Source: Candidatus Omnitrophota bacterium
GTDB taxonomy: Bacteria; Omnitrophota; Gorgyraeia; Zapsychrales; JANLHA01
Direction of reading: 5' to 3'
Length of the DNA: 64,000 nucleotides
NCBI GenBank assembly: GCA_029560465.1
Contig: JAKQKX010000069.1
Span: forward strand, 77,021 to 141,020
A program made the translations under genes and the position numbers. Positions 9,475-18,758 of this stretch are shown here, piece by piece. Within the stretch, counting starts at the first letter, position 1, and the number at the start of each line of letters is the position of its first letter. The notes below the pieces were generated by a model, which was not told the origin of the DNA, did no database searches, and worked only from the letters and a program-made list of their open reading frames with translations.

Positions 9475-10698
9475 TTATTCTTCTTTTTCTTCTTCGAATA
9501 TCTTTTTTAGGTCTTCTTCGGACTGGAAGGCCGTTCCTTCGGGTATCCCGAAGCGAAACTCTCCGGGATCAATTTCCCAGTCGAGTTCAAAATTATCTAG
9601 AGTCAATTCAGCGTAAATACTTGTCTCGTATTGCGGCCCTTTTTTCGGGGGAGGAATGACCTTCTTTTTCTTCTTTTTTTTGGCTTTTTTGGGTTTCGGC
9701 TCGCCTGTTGCCTCGTTTTCTTCTTCAGGGGGCGGCTCGATGTTGAGAATGATTTTTCGGGCGATTTTTATGTTCTCTTCTGAGGGTTCCATCTCCATAG
9801 CCTTGAGGATTGTTTCAATTTCCTCATTTGTCGTAGGCTGGCGGTAAAATTCATCCGGATATCCTGATAGCGTGTAGTCAATTCTAGTAATCAGGTTGCG
9901 TTTTTTTGATATCCAAAGGACATAGTAGCCTATCGGCATGGTGCGGGACAATAGATAGCAGGGTTCGCCGTTTAAGTCCGTGTTCCCCAAATACGCCAGG
10001 TCTTGAACAAGAGGGCATTCTGATTCGCAGCCGGAGAACAATTGATAAAGGATTTTCAGGTATCCGATATCCATCAAAGCCATGGTGTCGTTCGGGGCGT
10101 AATTGTAGGTTTTGGCGGCACTGCTGTAAAAGAGGGTGGTCGCCCCGTTATTCCAAGCGGCCAAGGTTTCCTTGGGCCCTTTGCTAAGCGTGTTTTCGAG
10201 GACAATCAGGAAGTAGTTTGGGCGCTGGAATTTTACGGTGATATACGCCTGAGTCGTGTCCATCATTTTGTCCTGAATGCTGTTGGACACCCCTGTTCCA
10301 TTACATTGGAAGGACGTCATGTCTTTAAACTGGGCAAAGACAGGCTGGAGAATTTTTTCAACATCAGTATCTTCTCGTGTGATTTTTTTCCCTTTATAAA
10401 GAACGGGGGCCTCGCTTTTTGTCATTATCTTTTCAGGGATTTCTTTGACCTGCTCGGCCGTCGCATCGTCCATCATGGTAAAGGGAACTTTGATGACCCC
10501 GTTTTTTGTTTGCATTTTAATATGCCGTTTTGTCTTCTCGATGATCTGCCCTTCCAGGTTTTTCCCATTTTTTAAAAGGATGGTGTCAGCAGATAAGGGC
10601 TGTGTCATGCCGATGATGAAGGTAGCAAGAATGAACGCTCTCAAGGGTTGCCTCCTGTCCGTGCGGAATGGTTTAATGGCGAAGAAAAATTTATTCAT
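9475..10698 (-). CDS. Secreted hypothetical protein (paralog B) with a Lys/Pro-rich insertion
   Basis: Start chosen at MNKFFF (10698) giving signal peptide ...GMTQPLSA; tool ORF extends to 10746. Homologous to the 6447..7511 product and carries an extra KPKKAKKKKKKKVIPPPKKG insert. Confidence 0.6.
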   Translation of the reverse strand: MNKFFFAIKPFRTDRRQPLRAFILATFIIGMTQPLSADTILLKNGKNLEGQIIEKTKRHIKMQTKNGVIKVPFTMMDDATAEQVKEIPEKIMTKSEAPVLYKGKKITREDTDVEKILQPVFAQFKDMTSFQCNGTGVSNSIQDKMMDTTQAYITVKFQRPNYFLIVLENTLSKGPKETLAAWNNGATTLFYSSAAKTYNYAPNDTMALMDIGYLKILYQLFSGCESECPLVQDLAYLGNTDLNGEPCYLLSRTMPIGYYVLWISKKRNLITRIDYTLSGYPDEFYRQPTTNEEIETILKAMEMEPSEENIKIARKIILNIEPPPEEENEATGEPKPKKAKKKKKKKVIPPPKKGPQYETSIYAELTLDNFELDWEIDPGEFRFGIPEGTAFQSEEDLKKIFEEEKEE

Positions 10699-10854
10699 AT
10701 GTTCCAATACTTCCTGAATTATCGGGGAAGACTTTTTGTCCCCCACAATTTCGGGCCTAGCCGTGATTAAGAAATTTTATCATATTTTTAAGCTTATTAT
10801 ATATAATTTCCTTTAACAAAAAAATAGTTTGAAACAGTCCACAGCGCCTTAAGT

Positions 10855-11421
10855 TTATTCCGTGTCCCCTTCAAAACCTGTCGTCCGTGCGATTTGTGCG
10901 CGTGGCCCGTGCCCAAGTAACGCCTCGATAATGGCTAGCCCGAAGTTAAAGGCCGTTCCCGCCCCGCGGCTGGTAATGATGTTTTCGTCACGAACCACAG
11001 AGGAAGGGAGATAGGTCGCTGTTTCCGGGAAATGGTTCTCCATCCCCGGGAAACAGGTTGCTTTTCTATCCTGAAGAACACCGGCCTTGGATAAAACTAA
11101 AGCCGGCGCGGCGCATATCGCCGCGATAATTTTCTTTTGTTGATTCATCAAGCGGATTCGAGCCATCAGGTCCGGGGAGTTAGCCAGGTTTTCTGCTCCG
11201 GGCATCCCCCCCGGGAGAATCAGCGCGTCAAAGTTGTCGTGAACCGCTGATAATGTTGTGGGCACAATGATCGTCAGTCCGGATTTTGCCGCTTTGACAT
11301 GGGTGGAGGTTAGCCCGACAACAGTAACCTGTATGCCGGCCCGGGAGAGAAGATCAATGGGTGTCGCCGCTTCAATATCTTCAAACCCGTCTGCTAAAAT
11401 AACCAAAGCCGTTTTAGGCAT
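10855..11421 (-). CDS. DJ-1/PfpI family protein (class I glutamine amidotransferase-like)
   Basis: MPKTALVILADGFEDIEA...AICAAPALVL with the nucleophile-elbow cysteine. Confidence 0.8.
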   Translation of the reverse strand: MPKTALVILADGFEDIEAATPIDLLSRAGIQVTVVGLTSTHVKAAKSGLTIIVPTTLSAVHDNFDALILPGGMPGAENLANSPDLMARIRLMNQQKKIIAAICAAPALVLSKAGVLQDRKATCFPGMENHFPETATYLPSSVVRDENIITSRGAGTAFNFGLAIIEALLGHGPRAQIARTTGFEGDTE

Positions 11422-11646
11422 CAGAGTGCTCCTTTATAGGGGGTAGAAGTCATTGTGTTTATTTTAGCAGAAATGACGCTTATTGAGAACTCCGATTGTT
11501 TTCTCCTCCCGGAAGAAGTCCTTCCCCCGGGGTTCAACAACTAAAAAGTGCCGCAGGACAGTGCCGATAACGAGAGGAGAATGGCGGTCGCTTGTTTTAT
11601 GTTGTAATCGTCTTCAATGCGGCCTGTTGTTTGATATAATAATATT

Positions 11647-11913
11647 ATGTGGTATGCTTACATTTTAGAAACAATGAAAGGGACTTTTTATACTGGCATA
11701 ACCAATAACCTGGAGCGGCGTATTAAGGAGCATGCTCAAGGGCGTGGAGCCCGCTATACGAGGAATTGCGGTGTCCACAAATTGTTGTACACTGAGTCCT
11801 TCCCTTCCCGGGGTTTAGCTTTGAAGCGGGAATCTCAAATCAAGGCGTTGTCCCGGTCGTCTAAAATCGCGTTAATAAAAGGTTGTCCCGGGACAACAGG
11901 CGCGGAGGTCTAG
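11647..11913 (+). CDS. GIY-YIG nuclease-domain protein (stand-alone, ~88 aa)
   Basis: YAYIL...GTFYTGITNNLERRIKEH..G matches GIY-YIG motifs of the YhbQ-like family. Confidence 0.7.
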   Translation: MWYAYILETMKGTFYTGITNNLERRIKEHAQGRGARYTRNCGVHKLLYTESFPSRGLALKRESQIKALSRSSKIALIKGCPGTTGAEV

Positions 11914-11946
11914 GCCTTTTAAAATTAGCAGGGTGGATATGCAAAA

Positions 11947-13212
11947 ATGCGGAGGGCGAGGACGATGTCTTTCCCGGAACAATGGGGTTATGTGAACAAA
12001 GAGGGCCAGGTCTGGCAGAAAGACTGCCAGTATTTTAAAGGACGTCAAATCGGGCGGTTGGACGGGAAGAGCCCGGAGGAAATTTTGGCTTTTTACGCTT
12101 TGCGTTTTGAAAAGTTGGTGCAGTATCAGGAAGAGTTGCAGGCGCAGTTTGAGCAGGGCCATGACCGGCCTGGCCTTGTGGATAAAATAAATCGCATGCT
12201 TGATTTTATCGTTGAATCTGATGCTTTGGGCAATTTTGATGATTTGATAGGGCGGCTTATGACAATGAAAGGGGTTTTGGACGCAGAATTGAACGCGCAC
12301 TTGGAGGAACAGGAGAGATTGTGTGCCCGGGTTGAAGAATTATTGAGTCCCGCGGACTGGAAGGCGGCGACCGAAGAGGTGAAGAAATTGCAGGCCCAAT
12401 TTAAGCTTACCGGCCCGGTTCCGGAGCAGAAATCCCGGTTGCAGTGGGACCGTTTTCGGGCGGTCTGTGATCAGTTCTTTGAGAACCGGCGTTTATTTTT
12501 TGCGGAACTGGATCGGCAGAAAGAAGAAAATTATCAAAGAAAACTGGACCTGTGCCGGAAAGCGGAAGAGCTGAGCCTGTCCTCGGAGTGGAAAGAGACC
12601 GGTGAGGCGCTAAAACATTTACTAGATGAGTGGAAGTCGATCGGGCCGGTTGCCCGGGATAAAACTGAATACATTTGGCAGAGGTTTAAGACCGCTAGTG
12701 ACACGTTCTTTGAACGCCGGGATTCTCATTATGCGGAAAAAGAGCGGGAACGGCTGGAAAATTTGAAGAAGAAGCAGGCTTTGTGTGAACGATCGGAGAT
12801 ATTATCCGAATTTGATGACTGGAAAGCGGCCGGAGAAGAGCTTAAACAGTTGCAGGAAGAATGGAAACATGTCGGCCCGGTTCCCAAGCAGGATACGGAG
12901 CAGATTTGGAAGCGTTTCAAGGAGGCGCATGACCGTTTTTTTGAACGCCGTCATGCGTATTATAAAGCGCGCGATGAAGAGCGGCTGGCCCACCTGAAGG
13001 AGAAAGAACGGCTTTGTGAAGAAGTGGAAAGCTTATATTCTTTGCGGGACCTCGTGAGGGTCAGGGAAGAGGTTAAAGAGATACAGAAGAAGTGGAAAAT
13101 AATCGGGCCAGTGTCTCCGGACCAGGCTGATGGACTCTGGGCCCGGTTTAAACTGGCTTGTGACCGGATTTTTCAGGGGGAGGGGACCTCTTCCCCTGGC
13201 GGCGATAGTTAG
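11947..13212 (+). CDS. DUF349 repeat protein
   Basis: Five or more tandem ~75-aa repeats with the signature W+..G.V....E.IW.RF+.A.D.FFERR. Confidence 0.75.
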   Translation: MRRARTMSFPEQWGYVNKEGQVWQKDCQYFKGRQIGRLDGKSPEEILAFYALRFEKLVQYQEELQAQFEQGHDRPGLVDKINRMLDFIVESDALGNFDDLIGRLMTMKGVLDAELNAHLEEQERLCARVEELLSPADWKAATEEVKKLQAQFKLTGPVPEQKSRLQWDRFRAVCDQFFENRRLFFAELDRQKEENYQRKLDLCRKAEELSLSSEWKETGEALKHLLDEWKSIGPVARDKTEYIWQRFKTASDTFFERRDSHYAEKERERLENLKKKQALCERSEILSEFDDWKAAGEELKQLQEEWKHVGPVPKQDTEQIWKRFKEAHDRFFERRHAYYKARDEERLAHLKEKERLCEEVESLYSLRDLVRVREEVKEIQKKWKIIGPVSPDQADGLWARFKLACDRIFQGEGTSSPGGDS

Positions 13213-13289
13213 TCAAAAAGGAGGTCACGGTTTCTAGTTGCCATCTTGACAATTGAATGGTAAACTTTAAATAGTTCAAGGAGAGGATT

Positions 13290-13760
13290 ATGAGCGATTT
13301 ACAGCGCTATGGCATTATCGAAGGAGAGACCCCCAGCCAGGAAAAGTCGATTTACAGTTTAGCTTTGATTTATAATGTTTGTCATAATGAATTAACATCG
13401 TTTCTTAGGCCGTATCAACTCACCCCTGGCAAGCTGAACATCCTCGTTGCCATCCGGTTTCACGGGGGCAAGGCGGGATTAAGCCAGGTGGAGGTCAGCA
13501 AACATCTGATTGTAACCCCTTCTAATATGACGAAGTTAATTGATAAGCTTGAGGGCGAGGGATTTGTCGTCCGTTCGGCCTGTGAAGGAGACCGGCGAGT
13601 CAATGTGGTTAAAGTGACGAAAAAAGCCGAGGAATTATTAGACCGCCTCTGGGGTTTGTATATCGAGAAATTGCATAAATTTATGGAGCCGCTTTCTAAA
13701 AAAGAGCAGGATGCCTTGGCCGCTTTGCTGGTGAAATGGCTTGCCGCTCTGACGGGGTAA
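13290..13760 (+). CDS. MarR family transcriptional regulator
   Basis: Winged-helix block LSQVEVSKHLIVTPSNMTKLIDKLEGEGFVVR...DRR. Confidence 0.75.
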   Translation: MSDLQRYGIIEGETPSQEKSIYSLALIYNVCHNELTSFLRPYQLTPGKLNILVAIRFHGGKAGLSQVEVSKHLIVTPSNMTKLIDKLEGEGFVVRSACEGDRRVNVVKVTKKAEELLDRLWGLYIEKLHKFMEPLSKKEQDALAALLVKWLAALTG

Positions 13761-13800
13761 AATTTTTTTGTTTATATAATTGAATGGTTAATATTCTGTC

Positions 13801-14829
13801 ATGAAAAACAGCGCTTCTCAAAAACAGTATTCCATGAAAAATTACGTTCTGGTCGGCGTTCTTATCCTTGGAGTAATAAATATTTTGTATCAAGCGCCGC
13901 GGTCATATGCCTTAACGGTCGCCAAAGCAAAAATGATCCGGTACGCTGATAACATGGATATTCAGTCGGGGGATTTTATATTTCAACATTTGCCGGGGCC
14001 CTTGACAGAAATGATCGCCGCTGTCACGCACAGCGATTATTCACATTGCGGAATCATCGTGAGAAAGACAGGCCAATGGTTTGTCTTAGAAGCGATTGAG
14101 CCGGTCTCGTGGACGCCCCTTAATAAATGGATTGCCCGGGGGGAGGGCGCGCACGTCACCATTGTCAGGTTAAAACCTCCGTACCGTCAGTATATTCCGC
14201 GAATCATTCAAGAGGCCGAACATTATGTCGGCCGTCCTTATGATCTGCAATATGAATGGGATGATTCGGCCATCTACTGCTCAGAATTGATTTATAAGGC
14301 CGTGTGGAAGGGGGCTGGGATCCGTTTGGCTGATTTTGTCGGCCTCGGGGAGTTGAACTGGCGTCCTTATGAGCCCCTGATCCGTTCACTGGCCGGTGGC
14401 CGTCTGCCGCTTGACCGGCGGATGATTACTCCAGATGCCCTGGTGTTTTCTGATACGGTCGTGATGGTGTATTCCTCTTTTCCGGCCCGGGAGATAAAAG
14501 GAATTCAATACTCACGGCGTGATTTCAACGGGACCTGGCAGGGGAGATACCTGCTGTTGAATATCCCGCTGGACTTGCGGGTTGAAACTGATTCTAGAGG
14601 CGGTATCCTCGGCGGTAGACTGGCAAGCGGCTTGGAGTTCGACCCTGGGCCGATGGAAGCATTCGATCCCCGGACAGGGACTTTTAGTTATACATTTTTT
14701 TCTGATAATCATGTTCGCGTTCACGTCAAGGGCCGGATGGATAAGTCCAAAGAAGTTATTTTCGGGTCTTGGGAAGACACCCTCGGTTTTTCGGGAACCT
14801 TTGTCGGGAATAAGTTTGGTCAGGGTTAG
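13801..14829 (+). CDS. YiiX/YaeF-like permuted papain-fold enzyme (DUF830-type) with C-terminal extension
   Basis: GDFIFQH...SDYSHCGII and YDLQYEWDDSAIYCSELIYK blocks typical of permuted NlpC/P60-like YiiX proteins; N-terminal TM anchor. Confidence 0.55.
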   Translation: MKNSASQKQYSMKNYVLVGVLILGVINILYQAPRSYALTVAKAKMIRYADNMDIQSGDFIFQHLPGPLTEMIAAVTHSDYSHCGIIVRKTGQWFVLEAIEPVSWTPLNKWIARGEGAHVTIVRLKPPYRQYIPRIIQEAEHYVGRPYDLQYEWDDSAIYCSELIYKAVWKGAGIRLADFVGLGELNWRPYEPLIRSLAGGRLPLDRRMITPDALVFSDTVVMVYSSFPAREIKGIQYSRRDFNGTWQGRYLLLNIPLDLRVETDSRGGILGGRLASGLEFDPGPMEAFDPRTGTFSYTFFSDNHVRVHVKGRMDKSKEVIFGSWEDTLGFSGTFVGNKFGQG

Positions 14830-14832
14830 GAT

Positions 14833-16116
14833 ATGTGCGTTCACTTGCGACAGCGTGTTTTTTTTATTAAAGGGTTGCTCCTGATGTCCGGCTCTTGGTG
14901 TGTTGTGTTGGTCGTTCATCATAGGCTGCCGTTTGCGAACGAGGTCTTTTATATGAGCTTGCCGCTTGTCTGGCTTTTGTTTCATGTTTTATTCAGGCGG
15001 TCCTGGCTGAGTAACAGGTTGACAGGCCGTAACGCACTTGAAGGATTGGTTTCTTTGGCCGGGATCATGGGATTCTTTTGGTATTTCAGCGCATCTATGC
15101 AAGGGAAGATGATCTGGAAAGAAGTTTTGCTCGCGGCATATTTTTTAGTTTCCGTCGGTATTATTTTATATTACGCCCGCCGGGCCCTAAAAGCGGCCGC
15201 ATCCTTTCTAACGAAACGTTTGAGGGACGGCAGGATAAAACGGCTGGTGGCCGGAATCGCCTATGGCGTATTATGGCTTTGTCTGGTTTTCCCTTATGTC
15301 CTTGCGACGTTTTCGATTCACCGGCCCAAGATCGGGGACCGGCTGAACCCGGTCAGCGCCTTGGCCCTGCCTTATGAGGATGTCCGGTTGATGACACAGG
15401 ACGGCATCCGTCTTTGCGCCTGGTTTGTCCCAGCCCCGGATAGTGATAAAAGCGTTGTGATCGGCCACGGATTGGGAGCGAATAAATCAAACTTTATGCC
15501 GCTGGTCGACCTCTGGCACGGCCTTGGCTATAATGTTTTGATTTTCGATTTCCGTGGTCACGGGCATAGCGGGGGGCATACTGTGACCTTCGGCGCGCGG
15601 GAGAAATACGATATAAGGGCTGCCGTAGATTATTTGGCATCCCGGCAGGGGCTGGATGCGGGCGGGATTATCGGATACGGAGTCTCTTTTGGCGGGGCCG
15701 CTCTTATTCAGGCAGCGGCAGAAGAGCGGCGCATTCAGGCGCTGGTCGTTGATTCTGCTTTTGCCGATATTGAAACTATGGCTCAACAGGTCGTGGCCCT
15801 GGTCCGGTTCGTTCCGCCCTTTCTTAGGGGTGTTATTGCACGGGTGGGGGTCATGTTTGTTAATTTAGAATTGGGCTTTGATCTTCGCGAAATTTCACCG
15901 CATCAGGCTATTCCCAAACTTAAAGATCAGCCAATTTTGCTCATTCATGGGCAGAAAGATGCGCTGATCCCTTGGGAGGAGTCGAAACAATTATATAGAC
16001 TCGCTTCGGAACCCAAGTCCTGTTACTGGGTGAATTCGGCCGGGCATTATGCGACCCTCGTTGATCAGGATTATCGGGAACATATTCAGGCGTTCCTATC
16101 CGAGCATGGGTTATAA
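14833..16116 (+). CDS. Membrane-anchored alpha/beta hydrolase
   Basis: N-terminal TM helices, HGLGANKS oxyanion region, GYGVSFGG nucleophile elbow (GxSxG), C-terminal H; the exact start is uncertain. Confidence 0.65.
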   Translation: MCVHLRQRVFFIKGLLLMSGSWCVVLVVHHRLPFANEVFYMSLPLVWLLFHVLFRRSWLSNRLTGRNALEGLVSLAGIMGFFWYFSASMQGKMIWKEVLLAAYFLVSVGIILYYARRALKAAASFLTKRLRDGRIKRLVAGIAYGVLWLCLVFPYVLATFSIHRPKIGDRLNPVSALALPYEDVRLMTQDGIRLCAWFVPAPDSDKSVVIGHGLGANKSNFMPLVDLWHGLGYNVLIFDFRGHGHSGGHTVTFGAREKYDIRAAVDYLASRQGLDAGGIIGYGVSFGGAALIQAAAEERRIQALVVDSAFADIETMAQQVVALVRFVPPFLRGVIARVGVMFVNLELGFDLREISPHQAIPKLKDQPILLIHGQKDALIPWEESKQLYRLASEPKSCYWVNSAGHYATLVDQDYREHIQAFLSEHGL

Positions 16117-16257
16117 ATGATTTCTTGTCCTCTCCCGGTTTCGGGAGCCCCGGAATTTGGATTGGTTTCTTTTGTATCGTTAGGGGAGATGGTATACTAT
16201 ATTTTTCTGGTCATCCGGATTTGGATTTTTTGAAAAGTTTAATGATCCCTATTTCTT

Positions 16258-17682
16258 ATGTTGTTTAATTCATTAGCCTTTGCCCTCTTCTTGCCGCTCA
16301 CCCTTATCGTCTACTGGGGCCTCTCCAGGAATTTGCGGGTGCAGAATCTGTTTGTTATGGTTATGAGTTATTTCTTTTATGGTTGGTGGGACGCCCGGTT
16401 CCTGGCCTTGCTTTACATGAGCACGATTATAGATTTTTTTGCGGGACAGAAAATTTATACCGCGCGGACTTTGACGCGGAAGAGAATATTCCTGGCCGTT
16501 AGCCTCATCGCCAACTTGGGTATCCTGGGGTTTTTTAAGTATTGTAATTTTTTTATGGAGAGTTTCGTGCTTTTGCTCGGCCGCATGGGATGGCCGGCAC
16601 ATCTCCCCGCATTAAGGATTATTCTTCCCGTCGGGATTAGTTTTTATACTTTTCAGACTTTGAGTTATACGATCGATATTTACCGTCGGCGCATTGAACC
16701 GACAAAAGATTTTATTGCGTTTTCTGCTTTTGTGAGTTTTTTCCCCCAGTTGGTGGCTGGCCCGATCGAACGGGCCAGGAATCTCCTGGGTCAGTTTTTA
16801 CAGCCCAGGAGATTTGACTATGATGAGGCCCGGGACGCTTTGCGTCGGATGCTTTGGGGATTTTTTAAAAAGGTCGTGATTGCAGACCGGTGCGCTTACC
16901 TCGTGGATTTGGTCTTTATCGGGGAAGAGGATCCGACCGGGGTGTCTCTTTTGTTGGGCGTTTTCTTCTTTTCTTTTCAAATTTATTGTGACTTTTCCGG
17001 GTATTCGGATATCGCCATTGGCACGGCGAAACTTTTCGGTTTCCAGCTTATGCAGAATTTTAATTACCCGTATTTTTCACACGATATTGTCGAGTTCTGG
17101 CAGCGCTGGCACATATCCTTGTCAACCTGGTTCCGGGATTATGTTTATATCCCTTTGGGAGGGAACCGTTGTTCGCGGCCGAAGCATTTAAGAAATATAT
17201 TCCTGACGTTCGTTTTAAGCGGACTATGGCATGGGGCGAACTGGACTTTTGTTTTCTGGGGCGCCCTTCATGGTCTGTATTATGTGATGCACCACGTGTT
17301 CTTTATCAGAACGAACCGCCCCCCGGGACACAGTGCCCGGAACTGGCTAGGGCGGGTCCAACAGGGAGTGAACGGGATAATGACGTTTGGCTTGGTTGGG
17401 TTGAGTTGGATTTTTTTCCGTTGCGAAACGCTCGGCCAGGCGTTTAATTATATTTTTTCTGTTTTCTTCCTGAAATTCGGCCGTATCCCGAATAAGATGA
17501 TCCCTGGCTTGATCTTAGTGCTCGTTTTTGTCCTGGTTGAGTTTTTGCAGCGGAATAAGGCCCATGCTCTGGATGTCCGGCACCTCCCGGTCGCCACGCG
17601 TTGGGGAATTTATTATGTCATCATATTCTTAATCATGAACCTGTATGTCCCGGCTAAACCTTTTATCTATTTTCAATTTTAA
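16258..17682 (+). CDS. MBOAT family membrane O-acyltransferase (AlgI/DltB-like)
   Basis: Multi-TM protein with FWQRWHISLSTWFRDYVYIPLGGNR containing the MBOAT catalytic His. Confidence 0.85.
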   Translation: MLFNSLAFALFLPLTLIVYWGLSRNLRVQNLFVMVMSYFFYGWWDARFLALLYMSTIIDFFAGQKIYTARTLTRKRIFLAVSLIANLGILGFFKYCNFFMESFVLLLGRMGWPAHLPALRIILPVGISFYTFQTLSYTIDIYRRRIEPTKDFIAFSAFVSFFPQLVAGPIERARNLLGQFLQPRRFDYDEARDALRRMLWGFFKKVVIADRCAYLVDLVFIGEEDPTGVSLLLGVFFFSFQIYCDFSGYSDIAIGTAKLFGFQLMQNFNYPYFSHDIVEFWQRWHISLSTWFRDYVYIPLGGNRCSRPKHLRNIFLTFVLSGLWHGANWTFVFWGALHGLYYVMHHVFFIRTNRPPGHSARNWLGRVQQGVNGIMTFGLVGLSWIFFRCETLGQAFNYIFSVFFLKFGRIPNKMIPGLILVLVFVLVEFLQRNKAHALDVRHLPVATRWGIYYVIIFLIMNLYVPAKPFIYFQF

Positions 17683-17688
17683 CCGATT

Positions 17689-18633
17689 ATGAAAAAGTTA
17701 TTTTTAAGATTAGGACTATTTTCCCTTATTGGATTTACTCTGTTCATGATGGTTTCCCTTGGGCATTATCGGCTCTTGCAGCGATTGTTTCGTCCGGAAC
17801 ATCTGCGGGTCGATTCCGGTGTGTCTGTTTTAGTCATCGGGGACTCCCATCCTGAATGCGGTTTAAACCCGGACGCCATGAAAGGGGTCGTGAATGTTTC
17901 TCTTAGCGCAGAGCATTATTTGCTGACTTATTCCAAAATGAAAGCCCTTTTGGATGCCAATCCGCGGATTCATACGGTTATTCTAGGGTATTCGTTTCAC
18001 AACCTGAACCAGTTTTACGATGATTTCTTAAAGAAAGACGACCATGGCCAAGAGTGGCTCGACGCGTATTTCCCTTTATTGGATGCGGAAGGACGGGATA
18101 TGGTCCGGGCGGCCCCGGGTTTCCTTATAAGCAGGTTGAAATATCATTACGGATTCCCGTTGAGGATGGATTTTCGCATTTTGTATAAACTTTTGCGCGG
18201 GACACTCCGTGTTTCCGATTTTTATTTTTGGGGACATTTTCGTGAAGGGATAAAGAATTTACTGGAAGATAAATATCTCAAGAGGACGATAGACATCCAT
18301 TTCTACCAGGAAGGGAGGGTTCAAGGTCTATCGCCTTTACAAATATATTATTTGTTCAGGATGGCTGAAGACTGTGAGCGCCGCCGGGTTAATTTGGTCT
18401 TGCTGATGACTCCTCTTCATAAGACATACCGCACTAATATCCCTCCTGGGTTTCTTAGGTTTTATCGAGGGTTGGCAGAAACATTAATTCGCAGATATCC
18501 GCGCGCTCAATTCTGGGATTTTTCTGAACTCCCTCTTCCGGATAATTTTTTTAGGGACTCTGATCATATGAGTAAAGATGGCGCGGCCTATTTCTCAAGA
18601 ATGATCATGAGGTGCCTGGAGAACAGCTGGTAG
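17689..18633 (+). CDS. SGNH/GDSL-like hydrolase-fold partner of the MBOAT acyltransferase (AlgX/AlgJ/DltD-like)
   Basis: N-terminal TM; VLVIGDSH (GDS block) and DSDHMS (DxxH block); 6 nt downstream of the MBOAT gene. Confidence 0.5.
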   Translation: MKKLFLRLGLFSLIGFTLFMMVSLGHYRLLQRLFRPEHLRVDSGVSVLVIGDSHPECGLNPDAMKGVVNVSLSAEHYLLTYSKMKALLDANPRIHTVILGYSFHNLNQFYDDFLKKDDHGQEWLDAYFPLLDAEGRDMVRAAPGFLISRLKYHYGFPLRMDFRILYKLLRGTLRVSDFYFWGHFREGIKNLLEDKYLKRTIDIHFYQEGRVQGLSPLQIYYLFRMAEDCERRRVNLVLLMTPLHKTYRTNIPPGFLRFYRGLAETLIRRYPRAQFWDFSELPLPDNFFRDSDHMSKDGAAYFSRMIMRCLENSW

Positions 18634-18758
18634 GTTTAGTCAGTCATTTTTAATGGATTCCGGCCTCTCGGTGACGCAAAGAGGGAAGGACATTTGTATT
18701 TTCTAAAGAATGGTCCGGTGATGTGATGATTTCTAAAAGTTAAGAAAATAATTTTAAA

